Below are positions 25,762-36,640 of a DNA stretch of 64,000 nucleotides, in pieces. The translations under genes and the position numbers were made by a program. The notes under the pieces are model-generated. The model ran no database searches. It was not told the origin of the DNA and saw nothing but the letters and a program-made list of their open reading frames with translations. Origin of the DNA: Haliotis cracherodii (taxonomy: Eukaryota). The stretch is from the NCBI RefSeq assembly GCF_022045235.1, contig NW_027266297.1, positions 12,772,001 through 12,836,000 of the forward strand, in the 5' to 3' direction. How positions within the stretch are numbered: position 1 is the stretch's first letter; the number at the start of each line of letters is the position of its first letter.

Positions 25762-26149
25762 TATATGGTGGAGGTCTGTAAATAATCGATTCTTGACCAG
25801 GAAATCCATTCATTGACATCATGAGCATCGATCTATGCAAATTGGATACGAAGAAATTTTGTCAAGCAAGTCACCGAGTCTGATCACCCGATTCCTTTTA
25901 TCGTCTCTTTCGAAAAGAATGGGTTGCTGAAGCTTCGGGGATCCGGGGAAGACACATATCAGGATATCACTGAACACATGTATACCACTAATGTATCACT
26001 GATATTATGGCTAGCAACAGAGATGTATTCTTGTATCCACCAAAACGTCAATTCTTAAAAATATAATTGAACACTAGCATGTATTGATAAGTTACACTGA
26101 TACCTCAAAATAAATAATGTTTGTTCGTATTAGTCAAGTCCTCTGGATA

Positions 26150-27346
26150 TCACAGACCCATCACTGCACGGAGATCTTTTAGTGACGTAATTCCATAAAC
26201 TTGCGGTGCTCTGGTCTCAAAAAGATGTCCCCCGGTCAGTTCAGTTCCTTCAATGAACACTTTGCCAAGTTTTTGCTGTCCCCATCTGATAAGTTCATCA
26301 ATCACCGGTGTTTTTAAACCAACAATCTTTGCCAAACCTTTGACGACAACAAGCCCAAAAGGAACATCTTCAGAGAGATAACGATGTTTAAAATCTGGCA
26401 CATATCCTCCCTTGACTTCTTTCATTGGATGAACCATTCCTTCGTAGGCTTTGTTGGTGACAAGTGCAGTCTTTAAGCTGCATGGGTTTGATATTGCAGA
26501 CCCATAGCTTTTAACGAGCCACGTGTGCATAGGTAAGCATCCTCGAAAGTCCACGCCAGTCCGTTTTGATATTTCTTTTGCAATCCCCTGAACTTCATCA
26601 TCCAGATCAGTTACACATTTTGCTTGAAAGTCATCAGTTCCTTGGTAGAAAAGAGGTTTCTCTGATAAGGGAATACCGTCCCAGTATTTCCATCGACCAT
26701 ACATCAGGCCTGGGTGAACCACGGCGAACATAAGGCTATGTTCCAGGAAATGATTTGTTTTGTTAAAAACAGGAGGACTTCCCAATACGGACTGCAATAG
26801 CTCTATGGGGTTTAAGGTACCCTTCGAGGAATCTTGAATGACTGCCACATCCACATAATTCTTTACCCCAATGATTTTAACATTTCGGCCATATTCAACT
26901 ATCCTACAAGCCCAAGGAAAGGTTGTCGCTGACAGCACACTGACAAACTGGGACTTAGCTTTCAATATGTGACGAGTCTGAAATTCAAATCCAGGTAGTC
27001 CGGGAAAGCCTACGATGATTGTTCGGTAGCGTATGTACGGTTCTATGGCTCTTAGATATTCTTCATGGGAAAACGCAGGTACCGTGATCAGGATAATGTT
27101 GGCCCCCGGAACAACATCTGCTGGGTTTTTAGAAATCTTGTTTGGCCTCGACCTGATTTCGGATTCGTTTGGTAGTAAACAATACAGCATTCCATTTTCC
27201 ATGGCTTTGTTCCAGATCTCAGCCTCGTCCTGATATAGTGTCAGTACATTGGTCTCCGTGTTCTCGCGTGAAGATAGGATGCTAGCAAGAACATGCGCAC
27301 CATTGCCACCTCCACAAATCACGATTTTCTGTACTTTCGATGACAT
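26150..27346 (-). CDS. Opine dehydrogenase (octopine/tauropine/strombine-alanopine DH family), 398 aa, single coding exon
   Basis: Rossmann motif ICGGGNGAH, TVPAFSHEEY, GFEFQ, PWACRI, VHPG, GRWKYWDG, PLFYQG and RYLSEDVPFGL, matching molluscan opine dehydrogenases. Probable 5' UTR intron 28003-27354 (ACG|gtgaga ... tttcag|agaagaaATG). Confidence 0.95.
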   Translation of the reverse strand: MSSKVQKIVICGGGNGAHVLASILSSRENTETNVLTLYQDEAEIWNKAMENGMLYCLLPNESEIRSRPNKISKNPADVVPGANIILITVPAFSHEEYLRAIEPYIRYRTIIVGFPGLPGFEFQTRHILKAKSQFVSVLSATTFPWACRIVEYGRNVKIIGVKNYVDVAVIQDSSKGTLNPIELLQSVLGSPPVFNKTNHFLEHSLMFAVVHPGLMYGRWKYWDGIPLSEKPLFYQGTDDFQAKCVTDLDDEVQGIAKEISKRTGVDFRGCLPMHTWLVKSYGSAISNPCSLKTALVTNKAYEGMVHPMKEVKGGYVPDFKHRYLSEDVPFGLVVVKGLAKIVGLKTPVIDELIRWGQQKLGKVFIEGTELTGGHLFETRAPQVYGITSLKDLRAVMGL

Positions 27347-28629
27347 TTCTTCTCTGAAATAACATAAAATGAAGTGAGCAGGTACACGTAGTCATTTATT
27401 CACAACCAATGATATAATAAAATTTTGATAAGTTTTCTTTCAGTTATTTGGTAAAAACTAGAACAGGATGAAGAGACGATTTTTAAAATAACAACAAATT
27501 CCTCGTGAGAAGTCAAACTTTCTCTCAATCAGTAATACATTACGTACGAATACACGTACGATTCATTTGGTGGAATCGTCGTTAACCTAGATGGATATGC
27601 ATGGCAATTTATGCCTTATTGTAGAATCACAACCAATCACGATATTAGATTAAATAAACTACAACTCATTTTAATTGAAATAGAAATATATGGGTAATTA
27701 GTAACGTGATATTAGGTTTGATACAACTGTTTGTTGTCTTAGTAAAGCAGGCTACATGGACCATAGAAACATGAACTGGTAACACTGGTGGGTCACGCCA
27801 CTTCTATGTGTATACATTTATTTGAAATATCAATCAGTAGGTAAGTCAACTGAATTTACTGTTTTGCGTTTTAAGAGAGAATAGAAAATTAGATTGATCA
27901 AAACGTATTCCAAATACACTGAGTTATAGGACAATAAAATGAACTGATTAAAGTGTAAGTGTATATTTTCTGTACATAAGATGTCGAACATGTGAAATCT
28001 CACCGTTCAGTGTGTGGAGGAGCCCAACAACAGCCGACGGTCGTCAGCGTGAAACAAAACAGGAAAGCAGTGGATGTACACTTTGAAAGGGCATGCGCTG
28101 GCCTTTCCTGATGGAGCATTGTTTAATTCAATTACACGGATCTAACAAGGCCGAAGCGGCTTGCGATAAGAGGTCCGGTAGCTGCACTGCATCTGGGTTT
28201 TCATGTTCGACTATTCTACACTACCATTCGAAACTAACCTCCCCTCATTCGCGATCCTGGCGAAATCATTAAGTGTTGTTTTCAAGGTTCGACGATCAAT
28301 GGCCAGTGGATCGCGACAGAATGTTATTTCGATCGTGATCTTCAAAGTGATCGAATCAATAGGATCGCGACCGACGGGGCGATATTTATTATTTGTAAGT
28401 AATCGTGACGATACAATTGAAGCTAATTAAGTCATATTTTTTTATGCCGGCACTATACCTGTGCGCTTTGTGCATTTGTTTCAGTGCATTCGTTTCGTTA
28501 ATTTACCTGTCGAACAATAGTATTAGATACTTCTAATAAGTTTTAATTCTTGTTAAACCTTACGGATAAATTGTTTGATAGGCATTACTTAGAAGTTGAC
28601 GGATGACAAGGTAGACACAATTTTATTGA

Positions 28630-29930
28630 TAACAACTTCTTTAATACTGTAAAAAGCGACGTTTCGGTATAGATCCTTATACAGTTGTCAAGCAATGCTG
28701 AATGAGGGACATAGTACAGAATATATATAGTAGGTGGAGGATTAACAGTAACAACAATTGCTTACATGAGTAGGATAACATACGTAGGTGTTGACAACAA
28801 AGGGATAATACTGCCACAACACGATGGACAGAGAACACATAGGTGGAAGCCAATGGGACATGAAGCCAATTAAACAGGATAAGTGATTATTGCTTGATGA
28901 GTTCATAGTAGGCGGATAGGATGAAATAACCTTGATCTCTGTTGATTGATGGCTTGTGGCGGCGAATGTGGACTGCTTCTGTTACTTTTCTTTAAGTGAA
29001 ATCATGGAGGTTGTTGGAGAGGATTTGGACGTTCAAGTCATCCCTCTTGTCACACAGTCTTGTGAATTCATTCTGAATCTTTATGCACATAGATCTAAAT
29101 TTGAAACAGATGAGGCGGTATCAATTCCCTTATTTTGCAAATTTGAAATTCAGGAGCATGCAATCTTGTTTCTGGTTTGGTCAAATGTTTCAAAGCAATA
29201 TGAAGAACTATTCTCTCTTGGGCTCTCACGGTTTGTTGGATGCAATGTGTTAAGCTCATTTTCTGGTGACCCCAGCCGTGATATTGCTGGAATATTGCTA
29301 AAAGCGGAGTAGAACCATATCCACATAATCCCCTGTTTGCAGACCCTTCCATGAGGAAACGTTGCTGGAGTCTTTTGATTCCTTTGAACGACAATGAGAA
29401 TTGTCTCGTGCAGTGAATTGTTCCTGAAGAACAAATGGCAACACATCTTACAAATGAATGTTATATTTTGGCCCTTAACCTTTCTTGTGATCATTGCTGC
29501 GTCGACTTTGTTGGTGATACCTGAAATAAAATCAATACATTAACGTTGGCAGTATGTGATTAGAAAGACTGCAAACGTCTAATATTTTGTCTTTACATCC
29601 ACATGGCATTGTTGCATATAACAGTCGAATCCAATGGTTCTCTGGACATCCTATAAAGTCGACTGCAGTTAAGGTTATTAGATGAATGGTATATTTGTTC
29701 TAATATTCTAACTTTCATGCAAAGGATGGAGTACTGATTTTCAGAATAGAAATGTTGGTAGACACAATTGGAATTTCTGTTAATGTCCGATCTTTGCTGG
29801 CTAACTTGTGTCTTGTTGTGTCTCTTCAACATATACATCAACCCAAAAAGGATACATTCAACGCCATAGACATGACATGACAGGTCTTATGAAGGCTTTA
29901 TGCAGAAGGTTTAGCTGAAAAGTTATCAAA
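28630..29930 (-). mobile_element. Degenerate Penelope-like retroelement (RT thumb + GIY-YIG remnant + terminal repeat), interrupted by a SINE A tail at ~29262-29315
   Basis: The minus strand encodes KVTEAVHIRRHKPSINRDQGY (Penelope GIY-YIG C-terminus) at ~28925-28990. The terminal motif TTGACAAC...CCGAAACGTCGC is also seen at 17555-17620. Confidence 0.7.
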
Positions 29931-31829
29931 ATACGACAACTATTGCAACTTTTTGTGCCACATGAGTGAGTGAGTATGGTTTTAAGCCGCTTTTAGCAAT
30001 ATTCCAGCAATATCACCGCCAGAGTATTGCTACTAAACCACATGTTGCAGCAGTCCCGCCTGTGTTGGGCAGTTTCACTGTCTTTGCCCAAAGAGCTTTT
30101 TCTGTATGTTCAACATTTTTAGTAATATGGTACCAAGTTAATGATGTGTCTCGGGGTCAAACTGACCTCTAGCAGACAAACTGACTTGGGCCATGTAAAT
30201 AAATATAAGCATTTTTAAATTCATTAAATCGCTTGTGAATGTATAAGCACGATCATGAGCATGGGTATGAATCACCAGCTGTTACCAGGTGTTTGAGAAA
30301 AACTGTGCGTTTCCTGTCCTGCCATTGGAACCTGTCACAAACACATGTAAAGGCAGATCATGTGTTCAACTGACAAAACATCGGAACATAAATTTAACTA
30401 CAAGTCAAAATAGGGAATTGCATCGGACGTCATTTTTGTCACTGATGCGTCAAAAGATGAAGTGACAGCCTGTCGGCGGCAGTATATTTGTCAGAGGTAT
30501 GTCGGTTATAGGGAAGATAAACTTTACTGAACGAAGTAGGAAACTTGACAGGTATAAATTATGTGTCAGTGTAAAATGGTAATACCATTAAGGGTCATTT
30601 TTGAAAGCTCAAGTAACTGATGACTTTGCTTTTATAACCAAAATGGTCTTTTCGCCCGTTACATGTCTATGGCCTTCTTTCTTCGAAACTTCTTGTATAT
30701 AATCTTTCCGGTACATTCCAGTAAAAATCGAAGTTGATCCAGAAACTTCTCTTCTACGTGTACAATGTGGTGAATTACTTGACCTCCCGTTCCCGTAGGG
30801 ACCTAGAATCAGAGTAGATTCACACCACCATATTACTGGTAGTGAAAGATGATTATATGTGATCGGGTAGCCAGTTTCTACGAATAAGCTGACACGTTGC
30901 TGATCATGCGTTCAGTTATTGGTTGGACTGTCCCAGAATCAATTAATTAGAGGTTGGCGGAATATTAGTGAAGCATATGATGTTAAATAAGGTTGGAGGT
31001 GTGGGACAAGAATGAAGCTTATTCACATTGTTACAGGCTTATGCCCGTCAGCTGTGCAGAAATGCAGACCTGCTCAACTACACAAGGTGCTTCACCAAGT
31101 GTGGTATGGTAAATGTTTTTTTCCAAATGTCACTGGTAAAAGTTTCACCTCAATTCTAGAACTGAGAATAAGTAATTGGATTGAAGTCAACGAAACAATA
31201 CATGACCTCTGGGTTAAATACGGTAAAAGTTTGCCTACTTCAGCCAGGTACATTGCGCGTGGATGTCACGTGTGGAAGGTGGCGTGTAGTGTTCACTGAC
31301 TGTGTTGAACCATTCGAGGTCTTCATTTTTTTCATTACACAGGCGAGCAGTTTTACATCTTGCTAAATATTGGCTCAAAAATTTGAGCTCACAAAGCATT
31401 GGAGTTTTTAGCCGATGAGCAAAGTTTATCTGAGTGATGTGTGGGAAGTTGCTGGTAAAGTTACAGTGGGGACCAAAAACTAAGCCAAGGAAAACGGAAG
31501 AAAAAGCAGTCACAGATGAAGATTCATTTAAGATAAGTATAGATGGTTATAATTTGAAACACTTCTGTATAACAACAATAACAAAACTTCCAAGTTGTAT
31601 CATGTTTACTTTGGTCACAATTTTATATGGAATTGTATATATCAGGTAACGGATTAAAATGGACGTGTTTTTGACAGATTCGTGGCTTGACTTGAAGGAA
31701 TGTTTACGCGTTTTATGAGTGTATTTATTTGTGATTGTTAATAAACCCGCTCGCTTGTCAGCTGCGGTGGGCAAAACCCTTGAAATGCGTATGTTGTGCA
31801 TAAATAGTAATTACTCTACAACAGACCCA

Positions 31830-32040
31830 ATTTGGGTTCTACGCTCTCTTTGTCAGAAATATCTAAATGAAATACTACAAGTGCTATTCTTGACTTTAAG
31901 AAAGAGTTCGATTAGGTTGATTGGAATACGTTATTCATTCGGCCTGCTAAACAGGGGGACTCATGGCAAAATATATATTATACTTAAGAATATGTATGAA
32001 AATGTCAACGCTTTTGTGAGAGTGGGAAATATGGCCATGT
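31830..32040 (+). mobile_element. LINE reverse-transcriptase fragment
   Basis: Frameshifted RT-like peptide (...GKIYIILKNMYENVNAFVR), similar to the RT remnant at ~35000-35450. Confidence 0.55.
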
Positions 32041-32079
32041 GTCTCCTCAGTGAAGGTGTAATGACGACAAATGTCTGTT

Positions 32080-32290
32080 AGACTTCGTCAGGGGACTTCG
32101 CGGACCAGTCCAATATCCGGATGCCTTTTCGTCGTAGATAAACGGTTACGATCTGCACGATGTGGTCTGGGATTGCCATTTTGCAGTCCACATTTTCTGC
32201 CGATAATTCTAGCGAATGGACGCAAATTGTCGTCAACATATTGCTGGCCAGCTAAATGTTCATTCACAATAACCAAATCAGCTGTTACAG
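32080..32290 (-). mobile_element. Degenerate Tc1/mariner transposase fragment
   Basis: VIVNEHLAGQQYVDDNLRP...LQNGNPRPHRA resembles the DDE-domain segment L..QYI..IL.P...QQDNARPH.A. Confidence 0.6.
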
Positions 32291-32942
32291 TGGTTTATTA
32301 GTGAAAAGTAAATGGTTTAATTATAAGCATTGCTTTATAACTAACTGCGATAAAATGCATTGTCTAGCTGTACAATGTCAACCTATTCGTTAGTGAGTGA
32401 GTACGCTTGGTTTAACGCAGCTTTGAACACTATATCAGATATATCATGACGAGGTAGCTTGATGTGTGAAGAAAGCCCGACAGTTACTGTTACGGCGCTG
32501 ACAAAACAAGAAAACCAATAAAGGCGACCCTTGGATTCAAACCAACGACAGCAGCTTTCTAATTAGCTGATTAGACCACTGGTCCACCCACGTCTTAGGT
32601 TTATTTTGCTGTGGAAAATACTAATTCGATGACGTGTTTGTTTCTCATATACCAAATTATACATGCATTTCCATTACAAATCCAGGTATGCAACACATAT
32701 GTACAACAAAATCTTTCAGTGTTCATTTTTTTATTTCATTGACAAAGAAGTGCCATCTGAAAAGGAAAGCAAAGCTTCCGTAAAACAGTAACAACAATGA
32801 TGTATGCACAGCTTTATAATGAAACAAGAGGATATATTGGGTCTAGTTTGCTTTGCTTATTAAAGTTAATGTTACATTGCGTTAAGTTATGTTCAAGAAA
32901 CGTACATTAGAAATCGAAGTAGTGAGAAACAAGCTAACCTTG

Positions 32943-33900
32943 TCAGTTCCTTTGTTGAGGAGGTGGTGGCCTATCTTCGGGACCTGTGGATGCTTCACCC
33001 TTTTGTTCTCCGGTGCCTTCTTTTTCTTGACCTTCGGAACCTTCGGGACCTCTGGGACCTCCCGGGCCTCCCGGGCCTCCCGGGCCTTTTCTTTCTCGTC
33101 ATCTGCTGCATTCTTGGCCTTCGCGACGTTCGGGACCTCTGGGACCTCCCGGGCCTTCTCTTCCTGGATTTTCTGGACCTCCGGGGCCTTCCTTTTCTTG
33201 ACCTTTGGGACCTTTGGGACCCTCGGGACCCTCGGAACCTCCGGGACCTCCAGGGCCTTCATTTTCTTGTCGTCCGGGGCCTTCGTTTTCTTGACCTCCG
33301 GGACCTTCGGGACCTCCGGGGCCTTCTGTTGGTGGTGCTTGTCAGCGTGGTCGTGATTGTTTTTGACCTTCTGGACCTCCGGGACCTCCAGGGCCTTCAT
33401 TTTCTTGACCTCCGGGACCTCCGGGACCTTCTCTTTCTCGTCCCCTGCCCGCATTCTTGGCCTTCGCGACGTTCGGGACCTTCGGGACCTTCGGGACCTC
33501 CAGGGCCTTACTTTTCTTGATTTTCGGGACCTTTCGGACCCTCGGGACCCTCAGAACCTCCGGGACCTCCAGGGCCTTCATTTTCTTGTCGTCCGGGACC
33601 TCCGGGGCCTTCTGTTGGTGGTGCTTGTCTGCGTGGTTGTGATTGTTCTTGACCTCCGGGACCTCCGGGACCTCCGGGACCTTCGGGGCCTTCTCTTTCT
33701 TGTCCTACGGGGCCTTCTCTTTCTTGACCTCGGGACGTTCGGGGCCTCCGGGGCCTCCGGGGCCTTTTCTTCCCTGATTTTCTTGTCCTCCGGGGCTTTC
33801 ATTTTCTTGACCTTCGGGACGTTCGGGACCATCCCAAAGAGGATAGCACCAACATGTGGCAACACAGGAGGAGCGCCACTAGTACCAGGAAAGTCTTCAT
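32943..33900 (-). pseudogene. Disabled single-exon gene for a secreted Gly/Pro/Glu-rich repetitive protein (GPG-GPG-GPE-GQE repeats), ~318 codons
   Basis: ATG at 33900 starts a signal peptide, MKTFLVLVALLLC(VATCWC|YP). Repeat-unit variation is largely synonymous in the Gly-Pro frame. Natural end ...GPEDRPPPPQQRN* at 32943. Three frameshifts and three in-frame stops. Confidence 0.7.
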
Positions 33901-33936
33901 GTTTTCGAGTGATGCTCATTTCTCGACACAGCACAA

Positions 33937-33944
33937 CTTTTATA
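33937..33944 (-). promoter_or_regulatory. TATA box upstream of the GPG-rich gene
   Basis: TATAAAAG starts 44 nt upstream of the ATG, with an Inr-like CATCACTC ~30 nt downstream of the TATA. Confidence 0.55.
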
Positions 33945-34989
33945 CACTTCCAGTCCTACACCAGATGGCTCCTCATTACATCGCAATTACTACTTGGAAC
34001 TGTGTTATTCTTTGCATTGTCATCGAGATAAGTTTGCTAATTAAAACGTGACTTACCGGTTAAAGATATGTATTGCTCATTGTGTAGATAATTATCCTTA
34101 ACTGGACAAAGACCGAACTGGACATATGCTATGATTAGCATGTTAGACTGCAGATAGGACTTCGGTGATTAAAGCGTCACGTTTCAATCGACGTGTAATT
34201 TTCTTATTACATAACCTAATGTGCACCTGTGACATAAGAAATTAATAAAAAAAAACTTGTTGAAAATATTGTATACAAAAGAGACATATTCTAAATTACA
34301 TATTATGGATTTAAACAGATGGTGCTGTGAGTGAATGGAGCTTGTGGGTGGCTTTTTCTGCTTATGGTCATTTAAAAGGGCATATTTCATTACATACTCG
34401 AAATAATTACTTCTAACATTTCAAAATCTGTCCTATTCTTGAGGCAAATTCACAAAATACCATACAGTGTACGACTGCCAATGCCCGAATGCAAGTATGG
34501 CAGGGTAAGAAGATGGAAACTTGTGGTTTGTAAAGACTTACTGGAGAAGAAACAGGTTATTTTGAATTTTGTAGAGGCAACGTATACAATTTCGGCGGTT
34601 ACAGTTTGTACAAAACCCCAACAGATGCAACATTGACCTCATTCTCTGATCAACAGAGTCGATCAAGTATCATTAGTGGTCATTATAAAAAAAGTCGACA
34701 AAAGACATTCCTTAATCATAAGAAATCTCTACTAAAAACTAAAAGCAGAGTCGATCCCGACTACATCATGAGCATGTGTTTATGAATCACTACAGTGATC
34801 ATATCAGGTTTTCGAAAAGGGGTACGGGTCCGACCACACCCTTTGCAAACGTCACAAACACGTGCAAAGGCAAGTCAGATGTTCACTTGAATTGTATTGT
34901 GTAACTAATGCGTCACATTTGGAAATGTCCTGATGTCTACCATAAAATCATTTGAAAGCTTATCTGAGGCCATGAATGTTGTAACCCTG

Positions 34990-36640
34990 ATCAAAGAACT
35001 TTTAAGTCATATGACGGTCTTTGAAATCTTCATAAAAATAGCATGCTCGATTGTTCCTAAAAAATTGTGATACACAATTTTCGTAGATTTGTCTTAAGAC
35101 TTTGATTCTGTTAGCAGAAATAAATTATGGTCATGTTTCAAAGCACATGTTCTTAGCAGTAAAATTGGAATGTTAATGTGCTGTATGTATCAGAATGTAA
35201 AGGTCTGTGTGCGAAGTAACAGTACTGTTTCTGACACATTTTAAAGCAAAATTGGCGTTAAGCAAGGGTGCATTTTAAATCCGTTTTTGTTCTCCCTCTT
35301 TATCAATGAGTTTGCTCAACACATTCAGCAGAACTGTTCTGATGGGATCAAACTTCACCTGGAAACTATAAAGTTATTTCTTCTTTTGTTTGGCGATGGT
35401 ATAGTTATGTTTTAAAGCACAATACCTTGACTACAAAAGCAAATTAATCAGCTGGAATGTTTCACTAAACTACAAACAGGCCACGCTAAGTTAAACTCCC
35501 ACCTACACCAAATTAAAAAAAACCACCAAACCGGTAAATGCCCCCACTGCAACTTAAAAGAAACGTCTGAACACGTAATACTTATACTTCACACATTACC
35601 AGCAACACAGAACAACGCTCTATTCCACACTAAATTGCAACAATCCAATGACACTAGCAACGGTACTAAACTCCCTAAATGACTTACAAACTTTTAAAGA
35701 ACTAGGCATATATCTAGTCAAAACAGGCCTACTTGATCGCATTTAAAAATAAAAGTACAACAAACCAGCTGCCAAATAAACCCTAAAAGTCTTAACCTAT
35801 AAAAACTCACAAACTCCTTTTAACACAAAAAGTTATAGAAAAACTATCTTTATATGCATGCAAAAGATGCCTTGGTGTGAAACCTAGTACGTCTAATCTA
35901 ATGGAGAATGTGGACGATAAAATACTGGATTAAATTAGTTAAAATTCCTGTAACAAGATACTAGTATCCAAAGAAATGTTATAACATGTTATTACTTTAT
36001 GATCAACAAGGACACACTAACTTGGCAGCTTCTGTCAAGCATCAACTTTATTTATGTGGTTATGGCAATATATGGACAGAACAGGATAGGTATATGCCAG
36101 ATCATTTCATAGATGCTTTTACTCGAGCTCAGACCCTGAAACATATGTACATTCAAAATTGGCATTTTTCCTTATCAGTATCCAAAAAACTATCAAGTTA
36201 TTCCCTCCTTAAAACAATTTCTTTGGAGAGCAATACTTATTAGATGTGACACTAAAAACATTTAGAATTGCACTTGCAAGATTCAGATGTGGTTCACACG
36301 AATATATATGGGGATCGTGAGAGAACACAGAATTTGTCAGTTTTGTGATTTAAACAGTGTAGAAAGTGAATACCATATCTTACTATTTTGTTCGTTGTAT
36401 GCTGAACTCAGAAAACAGTTCATTGATAAATATTGTATCCGTTACAGTTTACAGAAATTTGTTACATTAATGTCAAGTAAGAATTTAGTAATAACGAAAA
36501 AGCTGTCAATGTACATATTGCATGCTATGAAGCTAAGAAGTTCCAAATGTGTTACCTTATAAATGTATATACACCCATTACTATGTAACATGTACGGCTA
36601 CTGTACACATGTACCGGTGGCCTCTCAGTATTATGAATAA
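34990..36640 (+). mobile_element. Degenerate LINE ORF2 (RT + C-terminal CCHC finger), with a different LINE 3' fragment nested at ~35462-35900
   Basis: FVDLS*DFDSVSRNKLW, GVKQGCILNPFLFSLFINE, LLLFGDGIV and RICQFCDLNSVESEYHILLFC. The insert encodes LQTGHAKLNSHLHQI...CPHCNLKETSEHVIL. Confidence 0.8.

Noticed and set aside
31012-31650. Coding-looking stretch with several short overlapping ORFs
   Set aside because: No recognisable motif or consistent splice or frame model.
32882-34031. ORF-track proteins (EVPKV-rich 190 aa, FGTSG-rich 155/224 aa, LRDL-rich 185 aa, RS-rich 118 aa)
   Set aside because: These are shadow frames of the repeat. The synonymous-variation pattern, signal peptide and stop position support the Gly-Pro frame on the minus strand.
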